From Xylographa opegraphella (taxonomy: Eukaryota): 41,990 nucleotides of DNA. The DNA is taken from assembly GCA_022813865.1 (NCBI GenBank), contig JALDZX010000004.1, positions 682,001 through 723,990 on the forward strand, in the 5' to 3' direction. Both the position numbers and the translations under genes were made by a program. Below the pieces are notes generated by a model. The model did not search any database. It worked only from the letters and a program-made list of their open reading frames with translations, and had not been told where the DNA came from. Of the stretch, positions 22,575 through 37,499 are shown one piece after another (the stretch's first letter is position 1; every line of letters begins with the position of its first letter).

Positions 22575-23206
22575 ATGGCTACGACAAGTTCGCATGATCC
22601 CCTGGTCTGGATAGATTGCGAGGCACTTCCACCATCACCACCTCGTCGGACAAATTTGCCACTGACGAGAACTAGATGACAGGCCTCAACCGCAACGACG
22701 ACACCATTATGTCAATATCATGTTTCATCACTGATGCAAAGCTCAACCTTCTGGATGTTGATGGATTTGATACCATCATCCATCACGAGAAATCTGCTCT
22801 CGACAGAATGGACGATTGGTGCACAAGAACTCATGGGGAATCGGGCCTCACGGCCGCGTGCATAACCTCGGATACTAGACCAGAAGTAGCGGCTGCTAAT
22901 CTTCTCAAGTATATCCAACGCTTCGTGCCGCAGCCGCGAAAAGGTCTGCTTGCCGGAAACAGTGTGCATTGTGACAAGGAGTTCTTAAGTAGGCCGCCTT
23001 ATGATATTGTGATGGCGCATTTGCATTACAGGATCCTTGACGTCAGCTCGATCAAGGAAGCAGCTAGGAGATGGGCGTCCAAAGATATCTTAAGAAAAGT
23101 ACCGATGAAGAAAGGGCTCCATCAGGCCAGAGAAGATATTCTAGAAAGTATCGAGGAGGCACGATTTTATGAAGAAGTGTTTTTTAGGCCGTCAAATAGC
23201 CAATAG
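22575..23206 (+). CDS. REX2: oligoribonuclease (Orn/Rex2, DEDDh exonuclease)
   Basis: PLVWIDCE|MTGL across GC-AG intron 22623-22675, plus THGESGL, LAGNSVHCD, LHYRILDVSS and HQAREDILESI. Confidence 0.92.
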
Positions 23207-23320
23207 TAGGGACAATTATGCAATTCGATGCTCTAGGATAGAAAGCTATGGTTCTACTTCTGCTAAACTTATTGCCCTGCCTATTCGTAACTCTGCTATT
23301 ACCATCATTGATTCTTGTCT

Positions 23321-23440
23321 TCATTTGAAGTGCTGTACAATCTCTTCTAGGCCTCCCGCTTGAGCCGCCTCCAGAGCTGTATCGTATTTTCGCGCTTTTC
23401 CATGGAGATCTGCCCCTTCTGAAAGCAGAAATACAAAAGC
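23321..23440 (-). pseudogene. ankyrin-repeat gene remnant
   Basis: FLLSEGADLHGKARKYDTALEAAQAGGLEEIVQHF matches the fungal ankyrin repeat pattern, but there is no credible upstream CDS in the gap before the PGM gene. Confidence 0.55.
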
Positions 23441-23989
23441 CAATTGAGTGTGCATGCCCATTGAATGAGAAAACCCTGGAATCTCAAAAGAGACTACGGG
23501 GCTGCAAACGGTGTATGGCAGAGATTTCGTACATGAAATTGGCTGGCTGAGGAGTTTGTACCCACGGCCACGGCCGGCGGCTGACTTTTGCATGAACTGG
23601 CAGCAGACGTTCGAGTGGGTTGTCCTTAACAGATGACGAAGGGCATAGTGGCAACATGTGAAGAATAGGTAGCTATGGCGCAAACTTAGGAAATGCAATC
23701 TCGTGAACAATACTCCATTCGGCTATCAATAATATGAATAACGAAAAGGTCGGATGTATTGGGCAACGCTAGATAAGAGTCCCGTACGGAGTAGTAAGGT
23801 GGACTAAAGGTATCCTAGTCTAGAAATCGGGTCCGGGCCGAGAGTGCCCGACATGACACCGAAGTGCCTGGAGAAAGTTAATAACCCCGCCATCTCAACA
23901 ATTTCACAACGAGACTGTTTGTCGCAGCTCATTACATCCGCCCCGTTTCTCTCCAGTACCCAATCAAAGAGAAGCAAACAATTGCAAAT

Positions 23990-25808
<1,819 letters not shown>

Positions 25809-26418
25809 AGGTAGAGCTGCAAAAGTTATATGAGAAATGATCGTTGGAACGGGATATCGAGACGCGGATATAATGCTCGACCTCAACCAAATAGCTTTCG
25901 TATTTACCACTTTTATAGACATATGAGATCAATATTACTTCTAAGATATATCGGACAATCAACGACACATGTGTCCTATTGGGTGACTCCGTTAGCATGA
26001 CACTACTTGCGTGCGGAACTAGCATGCTTCTTTTCACAGGAAAGGGGGTTTGCAAGCTGAAAGTGTTACGGTAAGTCCTTTTACGAGTCTGCGGAAACAC
26101 AGGATGACGTCCGCATCCAGTTATACATGCAGTACATCTTTTTGCAGCCATTGGAGCGTGATTCGTGCAAACTTTCAGCTTGTTTCCCTTCAGGACCTAA
26201 AGAGCGTAAAGGGTTTGCTCGGAAGACCCGTGTCAAACAGTACCTTTCATGGTCGGCATGGGTATCGTATCAAACGCCGTTACTTATGCCAGAAAATGAT
26301 TCCCAAGGCCCCCACCCCATAGTAGCCAGACCGCCCGTTTTTTTTTGTAACCTCACAAATGCCCATACTGTCTAATGATGATATCCAAGTCCACGCCAAT
26401 CATACCAGAGAGCGCCGT

Positions 26419-29399
26419 TTAGGAAGCGCCCTTAGTCGGTCTATAAGCATCATACGCTAGTGGTTGTTCCTCGTCCTCGGCTCCAGGTACACCCACATAC
26501 CCGCTGCCGCCAGTGCGCCACCGCTCCAGTCCCAGCTGGCCATACTCACTCGCACCATCATGAAAATAATCCGCCCTCCCAGGCTCTTCCGCCACGCCCA
26601 CAGACTGTACACCAGCTAGTAGGCCTCTATTACTTTCGCTATCATTACCATGGGTGTAAAATCCCCTTCCTCTGGCATTGGTGGCGACATCACTGTCGTA
26701 ACCACCGCCCCTGTATGGAGAATACTGCCTGCCTGTAATAGAGGCCGGTGCTGGACTATTTGCTCTGCTACTCAATCCAGGGCCGCGAGCCGCAGAAGGG
26801 GCGGGTGTCTGTACCCGGTCATACAATTCTCCACCACCGCCGTATTCGCTGCTGAAAGCTGGGTCATTTTTATAGAACGCGAAGTCGAGATTTGCCTCCG
26901 GAACAAATTTAAACATGCCGCCAGCTATTGCACTCGGCGCTGGTTTACCAGGCTCGACTGATGACATTTGACCCATGGCTATGTCGGAGTATGCCATTGT
27001 AGGGGCACTGGGTGAATCAAGACGGCCTCCATAAATATTTGCCAGAAGATGTTCGGCGCTCTCGTGTACCATAGGAACAATCAGTGGTTGGTATAGGGCT
27101 GGATTCCCAAACCTATTTCCGAGAGTAGTGTTTTGAGGGAGCTTCATACCCACATTAGAGATTGCTTCAGGGTCTTTGTTGATGAAACCTTGAACATAGT
27201 ATTGGCATTGGTCATCGAAGGACTTGCTGCAATAGACCTTGAAGCCTAGCAAAATTATGGGAAGAGGTACCATACAACCGAGCATGGTCCAGCTTCCAAA
27301 TGCAGCCTTGATTACAAGCGCTGCAATACAGTTAGCTAGAAAGGTTGCGAACAATACGCGGTTAAAAAGGACGTTCCAGAATTGACCCCCAGATTCGGTC
27401 TTGGTGATGAACACATAAAGCAAGAGGTATTTCTTCAACCAACAGTCAATAACGAAGTAAAGGAATGTTACTGGAAGCACGATCGGTTGGATCGTCGCAT
27501 AACAGAGGGATACTGTTGAGTAAAACAGGAAATAGTTGTAGTAACTTGCATAGTCAAAAGAAGGCGGCGCCGTCCAATCGATTGTCTGGCGAGGCGTTGG
27601 GTGCATGAAAGTTCGAGCAAACCAAACCCAAGTCAGGTTGATAATCTGAGCTAAATCCACAGCTGCCCCAAGATTACGCTGCAGGAGCCATGTGACCCAG
27701 AACGGGGAAACAGTACAGAGAGCAACCATTATCTTCGAAGGGAGATCGCCTGTGTTGATAGCATCCCATACACTTTCGTTACCGTTTCGACTGCCTATTA
27801 CAAGCGTGACGAACGACCATATGCCGGAAACGGTGGAAAAGACAACTAAATTGTTGAAAACGAAGAACGCATACAGCCGGTGCATAACGTGATGCTCACG
27901 CGATGTCTTGGTCATATCTCCCGCTCGAATTTGTAGACGTCTAAAAACGATTGGTAATAGCAAGTAGACTAGTGACGTCAGGCCTGGTGCAGCGACAGCT
28001 TGGACAGCAGCCCAAGTGGTTGGATTCGAATCGAAAGTCGCAGCGAAGGCAGGCCAGACAGCAGACAGATTGGAAAGCCGGGTAAGGAATACGGCGATCA
28101 TCGCATTAGGGGCAATCCAGACAACGGTCAGCAATGCTACCCAGATGTTGTTCATAAATCTTTTTGCTTTCCGGCTTCCTTTCGCTAGAGCCAGGTTGTC
28201 CCATATGAGATCATTTGGTTTGGGTGCGAGCTTGATTGAGACCCCTTCGGTACGATGCTTTCGTGCGGCATATGCAACAGCGTGGGCCTCTTCAACGGAC
28301 CGGTATGTGGCAAATCCGTACGGCATGGCTTCGCGACGAGAGTTATATTCATCGCCCACTTCTGCACGCACGCCATTGATCTTTGCTTTAAGACCAATAA
28401 TCCGCTCGGTCAGGTAGTCAATGGCATCAATCTGTCGGCCTTGACTAGTTTTGCGGTCATTTTTCGATGGTCGCAACATAGGTCGTGACGCAGGTAATTT
28501 GTCGGGATTTTTAAGATACTTTGCAAGGATGGATTCCAGTTTTCGTACTGACTGGCTATGTTCCTCCATGAGCTCAGGAAGGTCCTTTACCTTTCGCGCT
28601 ATCACCGCTGAAGGCGTGCCAGCGGTTCCTTTGACAGCCTCTAAAATCCCGATCAAACCGGAACCAGACCTTGCATGCTGTGGAAGGTCCTCCAGCCAAA
28701 CTGTCCTAGAATGTAAGCTGGTTCGATATTCTGAGGTCTCGAAGTATAGTCTCTTTAATCTCGCCACGGCTCTGTAGTTCCTCCACAGGAAAAAGACGAT
28801 GGTGATGTCGAAAACCCATGTGCATACAACATGGCTCCACATTGGGTTTCCTTCAAGGACATATTGGGGTGTCATCGTTGCAAAGGCCCTCTGGGTAGGA
28901 GACCCGGTAGGATAGTTCGAGGACTCGAAGATATGAACCGGTATCAGAACACCGCAGCCCACGATGCTAAGAACGAGAAAAATGTTTCGACACATTTTGG
29001 TGAAGCGTAAGAAGATAACAGCGTCCATCCCAACCTTTTCCACTAATTGATCTTCGTGCGTTGTAATCAGGGGTGAAAACCATGCAAAAAGGCCCTTGCC
29101 GATTGGCGGCGGAGCATGTTTTTTGTCGGCATGTTTCAATTTGGGCGCATATACAGTGGAGTTATGGGGTCGGAGGAGGGAAAAGAATAGGGTAATGACC
29201 AGCATGCTGCCAATGGAGGTGCCCAAGGCGATCCATAGCGTATCTGCTTGGAACTGATGAAAGCACGAACGATAAGCACAGGCCTTATGGATAATTATAT
29301 CCCTGGATTTACCTGATACGCAAATGAAGCCTGCAATGCAGTAAGAAAAGTATTTCCTGTTTGCCGCCGGGCAATGGTGATGCCATCCTTCGGATCCAT
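26419..29399 (-). CDS. OSCA/TMEM63/CSC1 (DUF221, RSN1/PHM7-like) calcium-permeable stress-gated channel
   Basis: Exon 1 (MDPKDG...FAYQ), intron 29254-29312, then VYAPK, GMDAVIFLRF, LAPKPNDLIWDNL and ESGGQFW with multiple TM helices. Confidence 0.92.
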
Positions 29400-30604
29400 G
29401 ATCCCCGCAAATGGAGTGTATGTCAAGACAAATATGAACTAGGCCTAAGAGAAAGGACTATCGGAATGGCATCGAAGAGGACAAAGCCTGGAAAACGCCG
29501 ACGAGATGTTTCGATACTGCTCGTGCAATGTTGCTTGGCACGTGTCGGTATGGAACCAGGGGATGCAATGAACTCCTAAAGAATGAAGACTCGTAGCCAA
29601 GGAATCGAAGATCTCCGCCCACCACTGAACAAAACGAGTGTTGTCCCAAAGAAAAGAAAGGCAAATAAAGAAAACGTGTTGAGAAGACTGTCTTTTTCCA
29701 ATAATGTTTGTTGGGGTTCCGCGATTCGACTCATCCCTGTAAAGATCGACGTCAGAGCAGCCTTTGCCGAGAAGCTTATTTTGGACAAACGAAGACATTC
29801 GATTGGCTCGTCAACAAGATCTGCGCGTGCCACTCGCGCTGTCCTTGGTACAGCTTATTTCAATCAATCAATCAGACATCAACTCCTTACGCGTCAAGGA
29901 AACAAGGTATAAACCAATGGGAAGGTCAACAAACCAATGCCTTGTAATATAGGCTGTGGCAAGTATCAGACTCTTCAAGTACGTGCTGCTTCTCGATATC
30001 TGGACGCAATGACATGAACATGTTCGTACCTTGATGCCGGCGCGGAGAAAATATCTGTACGAAATAGGCCGATTGATCGAATTGGTCAAACAATTGGAGT
30101 TAGAGGGGCGAGATGAGGAGCGTGGATCTGCGAGAATGGCGTATGGCACAATACAAGATCTGAGAGGGAAAATCTACAGTTTTGAAGAGAGAGGCAGTCA
30201 AATTGTGGTTGTCTTCCAGAGCGCGGACAAATGGTAACTTCATGCGAATAATTATATGCCGTGGAATGCATACTGGTATCGCAGCTGAATTTGCAAAATC
30301 TTGTAACCACTCTCCTTTGAAGTCGTTTGAACATGGCTAGGTGAAACTCTTTTAATCACGACGAACGCTAAGACTGTCAGCGATGACCTGAGGTTGAATA
30401 TGTATTTTCAGCTCCTAATGCGTGAAACCTATATGCCAAATCTTAGAACCACGTCCATAGATGCAGTCTGTCGCCTGCCGGGTTTCACCACCTGCATTTG
30501 ATACCATTTGCAAAAACACTGTAAGCCTTTGATCTACCATATAGCGCTCTTTTGCCATTTCCGCATTGCTTGAGTCCACGGTCAAGTCCAAGTATTTGAC
30601 GCCA

Positions 30605-31266
30605 TCAAAATATGCTGTCAAACACACTCCCTCCACCATCCAACCTAGTGGCTTCTTTCCTGAGCACATCGGCGCGGAATTTCTTGAAGGCCGTCTCGAT
30701 TCGTGCCCTCGACTCTGGATCTCGTGAGATGGAGCGAGTTGCAGAATACGTCCCTGTCAGCAAACCGGTCTCGCCGCCAAGAAACAGGCCACCGGCGGAG
30801 AAGAACAAGTAAGCCGCGACATCACCGAGAGTGGTTGGCTGCAGTAGGGCTGTTATATCCGGTATAGGTTCTGTCGGTTTGCGAAACGCAAGATATCAGT
30901 CTATATAATGTTTCCCATTCGATGCAAACGGCAGAACAGGTTATGCTGAGGCGACAAGGAAGAAGGCAACATCTCAGGAAACCCACCAGTCCTGCCATCA
31001 GCGAACTGCACCTTCACCGGCTTTTCTCTCGCCCGAAACGCATTGAACATCGTGGTTCGTGCAGACCGTACCCGATACGCCAAGAAGATCCCCAGGCCTA
31101 GACCGACAAGAGAGCCAATGTTAGCATGAGTTGAGAACTTCGATGCAGCATTGCGGAGTGCATCACGGTCAGACTGTCGCAGGTCATGCTGCATGTGCTC
31201 TTCTGCAAGTTTGGAAAGCTCATCGCTTTTGGACTTGCGGAACGCCGCTATGGATTCAGAAGACAT
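30605..31266 (-). CDS. conserved fungal two-TM hypothetical protein
   Basis: Two exons joined by intron 30871-30986 (VQFADGRT|EPIPDIT), with two Gly-rich hydrophobic segments. Confidence 0.8.
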
Positions 31267-32530
31267 TGGAAGAAAGGTTATAGGATGGATCGAAGCAGAA
31301 CAGTTTAGGTCAAGCACGCAGAGAAAAGATGGGAAGCCGGAATATATACGAACGACGAATGCTAGCTCTCGCTCGCCGGGGAATTACTCATACACTATTG
31401 TTGTCGAAGAGTCGCGGAAATTGGCGGCTGTGACGTTTGTGGTCCGTATGCACCGTAGCTGACTAAATTATTGAATGTAGATTCACCCAATCAGAGCAGG
31501 TTTTAAACAGTATCGAGAATGGGGTGGCTGGCTGCGATTTACATCTTGGAGAAACCACTCTAAGGATGTCGCTGGGAATCGAAAGTTTATTATATAAAGG
31601 CATATCTGATCCTGTAGCTCGCGGATCCATGGCGTTACTCCGTATCTTCGCAGCACGCAGTTTCTGTCTCACTAGGTCGAAGCCGGGATTCAACTATCCT
31701 ACTCCGAGTGCCAAAAAAGATGCTCTCTTGTGTCTATGCCCCTCTTGTTTCAGTACGTCCGGGTTTCGTATATCTTGACTCGAGGAGAACTTCATTTGGA
31801 GCTCCATGATTTACACTAGCGTATCTACACCGTCAGGATCAAATGCGCCGCATATTGTTAAAGCCATCGAACTTCTGATGAGCGAGGTTTTAAACTCCTA
31901 CAGTAACCCACAAGAACGACATAACGGAAGATGCAAGCTGTTCGCCCGTCTCATGTATTGTTGAGAATGTCGCGAGTTCGTACCTTATTGGCCGACAGAG
32001 ACGGACCCATGATGATGTACTAACACACAGACTCGAGTCTGGGAAATGCCGTGCGCCTCGCACACAAGACGCACGTACGATGGATGCGTCGAAGTTTTCA
32101 AACTCAAAGGCACGAAACAACATGCACGAACTTTTCATTAGAACATCAGACAAGGGCGAGCATTTCCGTCGGTTTTTGGGCCCCGAAGCCGGCGAGAGGC
32201 CAATGTAACTCCATATCAGGTCACGATAATGACATGTCATGAGAGGTGTGGAAGTATGGATATTCAAGGCAGGGGACCGGACACTTTGCTTGAGCCTCAA
32301 GCAGACGAAGTTGAAGGCAGTACCCATATGCAAGCGCCGGAGCGTTGAACCAAAAATCAATGAAGTGCTGCTAGTCCTGCTGATCGCCTTTCGAGTCAAT
32401 GCGAAGCTTTCAATTTGATAGGCCAGCGACATGGTCGGGGATCGAGCCGATTTCACAGACCACTTTCATTGAGAACGTGAATAGATCACGCATTGTCATC
32501 CTAAGAACATTCAGAGTCCCTGAGATTCTC

Positions 32531-33819
32531 TTACAGTTGACCTGCAGTATTGAAGTCCTCAAGGCCCTCCGCTACGCGTGCAGACATTGTCTTCTCACCC
32601 TCGCGCACCCATACTCTCGGATCAAAGTATTTCTACCATCAGTGTCAGCATCAGCATGTACAATTAGTTCGTGGAGCTTGCCTTGTTAGGCTTGTCTTCC
32701 CCTTCAGGATTTCCAACCTGCGTCATGATATAATCCTTCTTCTTTAGCACGTAATCCCGGATTCCTGTCAAGTACGCATACTGCAAATCGGTGTCGAGGT
32801 TGACCTTTACAACACCGTAACCGATCGCTTTGGTATACTCTTCTTTGCTAGAACCAGATCCCCCGTGGAAGACTAAAAACACTGGCTTATCCTCCTTGGC
32901 ACCAATCTTGTCCTTAACATATGCTTGGTGCTTACCAAGCAGTTCTGGGTGCAGCTTAACATTCCCAGGCTTGTAAACGCCATGAACATTTCCAAAGCCG
33001 GCAGCAATGGAGAAGTATGGACTAATCTTCACGAGGGTACTGTAGATGTGATAGATGTCTTCGGGCTGAGTGTAGAGGGAGTTGTTGTCGACGTCCTCAT
33101 TGTTGACGCCGTCTTCCTCACCTCCAGTGATGCCGATTTCCTGTCAAAATAGTCAGCGATTCGGCGAACATTATTTGTCAACTGGACATGATACCATCTC
33201 AAGCCATTGTTTCATCGGCGCTGCACGTTTGAGATATTTCGCGGTCGTCTGGACGTTCCATTCGACCTCCTCTTCCGAAAGATCAATCATGTGACTTGAG
33301 AATAGCGGCTCGCCGTGCTTTTCAAAATACTTCTCATCCTCGGTCATCATCCCGTCTAGCCATGGAAGGAGCTTCTTGGCGCAGTGATCTGTGTGGAGGA
33401 TAACCGGAATGCCATACGAGGGAGCGACCGCGCGAATGTAATGCGCTCCAGCGATAGCACCAGCAATTGAAGCTTCCTGATCCCCATTTTTGACACCCTG
33501 TCACCAATTTCAGTTGCGAGTACCCTCAGCGAAGACAACTCTGCTACCTTTCCAGCAAAGTAAGCAGCACCGCCTTGGGACATCTGCAGGATTATGGGAG
33601 CTTTTTTATCCCGAGCAGCTTCGAGAGCCGCCACCACCGTGGAGGAGGACGTGACATTCTGGGAAGTATCAGCAAATTCGCATTATTGATTTCTGTATTG
33701 CTCGAAGCACAGACTATGGCAGGAATAGCGAATTTGTGCTCTTGGGCATAGTTGAAGAGGTGTAGCACATCATCTCCGACGATGACACCAGTCTTTCGTT
33801 TCAATACGCCTTGCGCCAT
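32531..33819 (-). CDS. FBA1: fructose-bisphosphate aldolase class II
   Basis: FAIPAI|NVTSSST, LHTDHC, HMIDLSEE, EM|EIGITGGEEDGV, FGNVHG, FHGGSGS and KPNK|KYFDPRVW. Four introns; the last (32633-32681) is GC-AG. Confidence 0.97.
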
Positions 33820-34217
33820 TTCGGTGAATTATGTGAAGTGCAAGATAGGTAGGCAATGGTTTGAAGGTTGTGTAGGTATGTGGGTAGATCGGAGGTAATT
33901 GAAGTGGGGGTTTTGTTTTGGCGGGGCATATATCGGGAAATGGCCGGAACAGCAATGACGACCAACAGGCTGGGTAGTTCAGTAAGGTACGGTACCTGCC
34001 GACGGAGACAATACCATTACGGGCATCAGCCGAATTGAATCTCATCTTCGGCCGCTTTCTATGGGTGACCACATGCATTCTTGACTTGAGGAGAAGCTCA
34101 TCGGAAAGCTCGATTCAACTTTGATAACGCTCATTCGAAGCGGATAAGCTCTGAGCAGGCTTGTAATCGCAGAACAGTGCCTTTCGTACCGCAGTACGGA
34201 GCACATCGTGGCAACCT

Positions 34218-35156
34218 CTATTCCTGTGCTTTTACCTTCACTACCCGCTGTACAACTTCCCCGCCCTTTACCAGAATATATATTGTGAAATCGCCAAGAG
34301 TCTTGATTCTATCACGCTCTTCACCCACTTGTAACCCGTCTTTACGCTCTATTCTGATGTCCTCTGGATTCAATACCACTCTTGCCGCTTCCACGCTTTC
34401 GGCCGAATCTCCTTTCAGTGTCATAAGAGCTTTGATCTTCGCCACAATGTCTGCCGTTGACACGGATCCATAGATAGCAATTGACTGTGATTTAGCTGGA
34501 GTTTCCGACGCTTTTGAGGTATCCACTGCTGCGGAGTTGTTTCTTTGCGGCATGGCGTTCCCCACCGCCTCTGTTTCGCCAGCGGATATGACTGGCCGAT
34601 AGAACTCAAGATGCTCCGGTACGTAGGTCTTTACAAGCTGCGTAGCTTTATCGGGCTGCACCTTATTTAGTGACTCTCCGCAGTGAATCAGATGGCAACA
34701 ATCATACCGATAGAAGCTTGATCTGGATGTTGACGGGATCGTCTTGCCCAGCCTCTTGGCCCTCTGTGGACTGTTCCATTCCGAAAGTGAAGTCCCTCTC
34801 TATGACCACATCCGGTATCGCCTTCAATTGTGCATCTGTCATGTATTCTGCCCGTTTGGAAGGATACCAGATATTACGCATCCGGCCAGGCGCAACAGGG
34901 ACAATGGAACCTGCAACAGATAAGGGTGTCAGCTTAGTCGCAGAGGACATCAGTCAAATCGCGGCTTACCCTTACGACCATAGCCCCTAACATCTCTGAG
35001 AAGCTTCACATTGATCGTAGTAGGTAATCTTAATTTCTTCTTCCCTCGCACTTGAGTACGAAAGGGACTTAGAGGTAAGCTCAGGTCATTGCCGAGGACC
35101 TGCCGGATGCACGCAAAGCATTGTGGGACCATAGAGCTCCGCGTGAACGAAGACAT
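34218..35156 (-). CDS. mitochondrial ribosomal protein bL9m
   Basis: Presequence-like N-terminus ending QVRGKKK, L9 N-domain VKLLRDVRGYGRKG|SIVPVAPGRMRN, and C-domain IYGSVS...RIKTLGDF. Two GT-AG introns. Confidence 0.88.
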
Positions 35157-35621
35157 GATGTCTACCACGGTAGTTAGTCGCAATGCAACGGACACAGGCG
35201 TAATGTCACTGATGTGAACCAGGTCATGTTATTAGTCTGCTCCCATGCCCAAAGTCAACGTGCTTTGAAGATCTGCTCAGCATGATACTAGTCTACTACG
35301 TAGTCCTAGCCTTATCCGCTCACCCTTGTCTACTTCTCTGGATTGGCGGGCGCTCGATTCAATTGTTAGGCTCCGCTCCCACCATACAAAGACAAACAGC
35401 ACTTTGCATTTCTTAAGCCACGTCGTCTTGTATATAGTTCCGAGCATGGCTGGAGAAAGTTTCTCTTCACGCAACCAATACCTGTCAACTTTTATAGCTC
35501 CGTGCTCTAAAGGGGCTCCGGCTGTCAGCCCCATTTAGCCGGCTCCTGCTCACATTCCAGTACAAGTCATGACCTGTATTTCTACTTCGATACTGTCATG
35601 GCTTGATCAAGAAGACTCTTC

Positions 35622-37499
35622 ATGATGCCCGAAAAACCCCTCACCGTCCTTACTTATGCAGCGAGCGCCTCCCTCGCTGCGATTGCTTTGGTCTACTTCT
35701 TCAACCCGAATTACTTGATTGATGGTGACACTTCTGCTTCTTCGGCGAGCACGCGCAGGAAAGGTATCGTCGGCTTGTCTAACCCGGCGAACGACTGTTT
35801 TATCAACTCCGTTCTTCAGTCACTGTCCGGTCTAGGTGATTTACGGCTATATTTGATCAGAGAGCTTCACCGCAGAGCCCTTGATGGGCAAGAGATCTAC
35901 TCTATCGTTCCTGATGAGGATGAAAATGGGAAACCAACTAACAAGAAAAAACTGTTCAGTTTACAAAGTGGAGAAGTCACACGAGGTTTGAAAGAAATAT
36001 TAGACGGTCTTAATGAGAGACCGATATACAAGAAGACCATATCAGCGGGACAATTTATCGGAGTTCTGGAGCATGCATTCAATACGAGAATAAGCAAATC
36101 CCAACAAGATGCACAAGAATTATTGCAAGTTGTAGCGGAGAGACTTTCAGAAGAGTATCATGCTGGCAGAGAGGCAAGAAAACGTGCGAGGAACGGACGA
36201 AGTGATGTACATGATACGAGTAGCGCTACTACCCAGGGGCTTGGATTATCTCTCAAGCAGCCGAAGATTGACGGCCTCTCAAACGTACTCACGGTTCCTC
36301 CGGAGCTAGACGAGGCTGATTATGTTGATCCCGGTCCGATGCTAGAAGACGAAGACGGCTTCCCGCTCGAGGGTCGTACAGAGTCACAGATAGAGTGCCA
36401 GCATTGCCATTTCATTCCGAAAGCAAATCCGGTAACGTTTGTGATGTTGACTCTGCCAGTCCCCCAGAAAAGGTCAACTTCTCTGAATGAATGCTTTGAC
36501 GCGCATTTCAAAACGGAGTATATTGACGACTACAAATGCGATAAATGTCGGCTTGAGCACGCCGTGATGGCTTACACGAAGGAGTTTTCTCGAGCCAAAT
36601 CCGACCATGAGCGGACTGCGTTGCAAAGCGACATCGACAAATTGAAATTGGCCATTGAGGAAGATCCAGAGAAACCACCTGATGGTGTTCAGTTGCCAGA
36701 TAGCAAATCTGCTCCCAATCGGAGAATCGCTCGTCACGTACGAATTACCGACTTCCCCAAAATTCTTGTCATTCATCTCCAAAGATCGATTTATGATATT
36801 CGGAGTAGTTCAACCAAGAATGCTGCAAAGGTATCATTTCCAGAACGGTTCCCCATTGGCGGCTTGATAAATCGCCGGAATTATAAGCTGTTAGGAGTTG
36901 TGACACACAAAGGCACACACAACAGCGGACATTACGAATCTATGCGAAGACAGCATCTCTATGCGCCCTTTTCCACTCCTCACATACAGAATCAGAACAG
37001 CCCTTACAGTGCAGTGACTACACCAGCTCTTTCAGCAATGCCTAGTCCGAATATCCGACCACAGTCAAGCTCGCCGGCTGCTTTTGTTGATGACGGCCAA
37101 ATGACAAGCTCGGATGTGGAGGACCTTTTACCTCCGTCGACGGCATCATCATCACCTTCGCGTTCTTCAATAGCTTTATCCCCGCCTTCTACCCGACCAT
37201 CATCAGGATCTGGAAGTGGGATCGTGGGCGCTAAACGAACATCCATCCCCGCAGCCTCTCCGCTTCGAAGCTCTGTCGACCGAAGTACCGAGACCGCAAC
37301 CACCAGTCTTGAGCAATCCGAACCCGCCACTCTCAAAAGCACGTCTACACCCGATCATATACGGCTCCGGCGGAAAAAGAAGATCAGTGACCGATGGTGG
37401 CGGATCAGTGACGACAAAATCAAGGAGTGCAAGACGAGTGATGTTCTGGGAATGCAGAAAGAAGTATATATGCTCTTTTACGAGATCGAAAAGAGCTAA
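35622..37499 (+). CDS. ubiquitin-specific protease with N-terminal membrane anchor (Ubp16/USP30-like)
   Basis: N-terminal TM segment, Cys box GLSNPANDCFINSVLQ, QQDAQE, His box HKGTHNSGHY, WWRISD and YMLFYE. Confidence 0.92.
   Translation: MMPEKPLTVLTYAASASLAAIALVYFFNPNYLIDGDTSASSASTRRKGIVGLSNPANDCFINSVLQSLSGLGDLRLYLIRELHRRALDGQEIYSIVPDEDENGKPTNKKKLFSLQSGEVTRGLKEILDGLNERPIYKKTISAGQFIGVLEHAFNTRISKSQQDAQELLQVVAERLSEEYHAGREARKRARNGRSDVHDTSSATTQGLGLSLKQPKIDGLSNVLTVPPELDEADYVDPGPMLEDEDGFPLEGRTESQIECQHCHFIPKANPVTFVMLTLPVPQKRSTSLNECFDAHFKTEYIDDYKCDKCRLEHAVMAYTKEFSRAKSDHERTALQSDIDKLKLAIEEDPEKPPDGVQLPDSKSAPNRRIARHVRITDFPKILVIHLQRSIYDIRSSSTKNAAKVSFPERFPIGGLINRRNYKLLGVVTHKGTHNSGHYESMRRQHLYAPFSTPHIQNQNSPYSAVTTPALSAMPSPNIRPQSSSPAAFVDDGQMTSSDVEDLLPPSTASSSPSRSSIALSPPSTRPSSGSGSGIVGAKRTSIPAASPLRSSVDRSTETATTSLEQSEPATLKSTSTPDHIRLRRKKKISDRWWRISDDKIKECKTSDVLGMQKEVYMLFYEIEKS

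Noticed and set aside
32664..32690. FBA1 apparently truncated at KPNKASSTN*
   Set aside because: The GC-AG intron restores the normal C-terminus KYFDPRVWVREGEK...AGQL.
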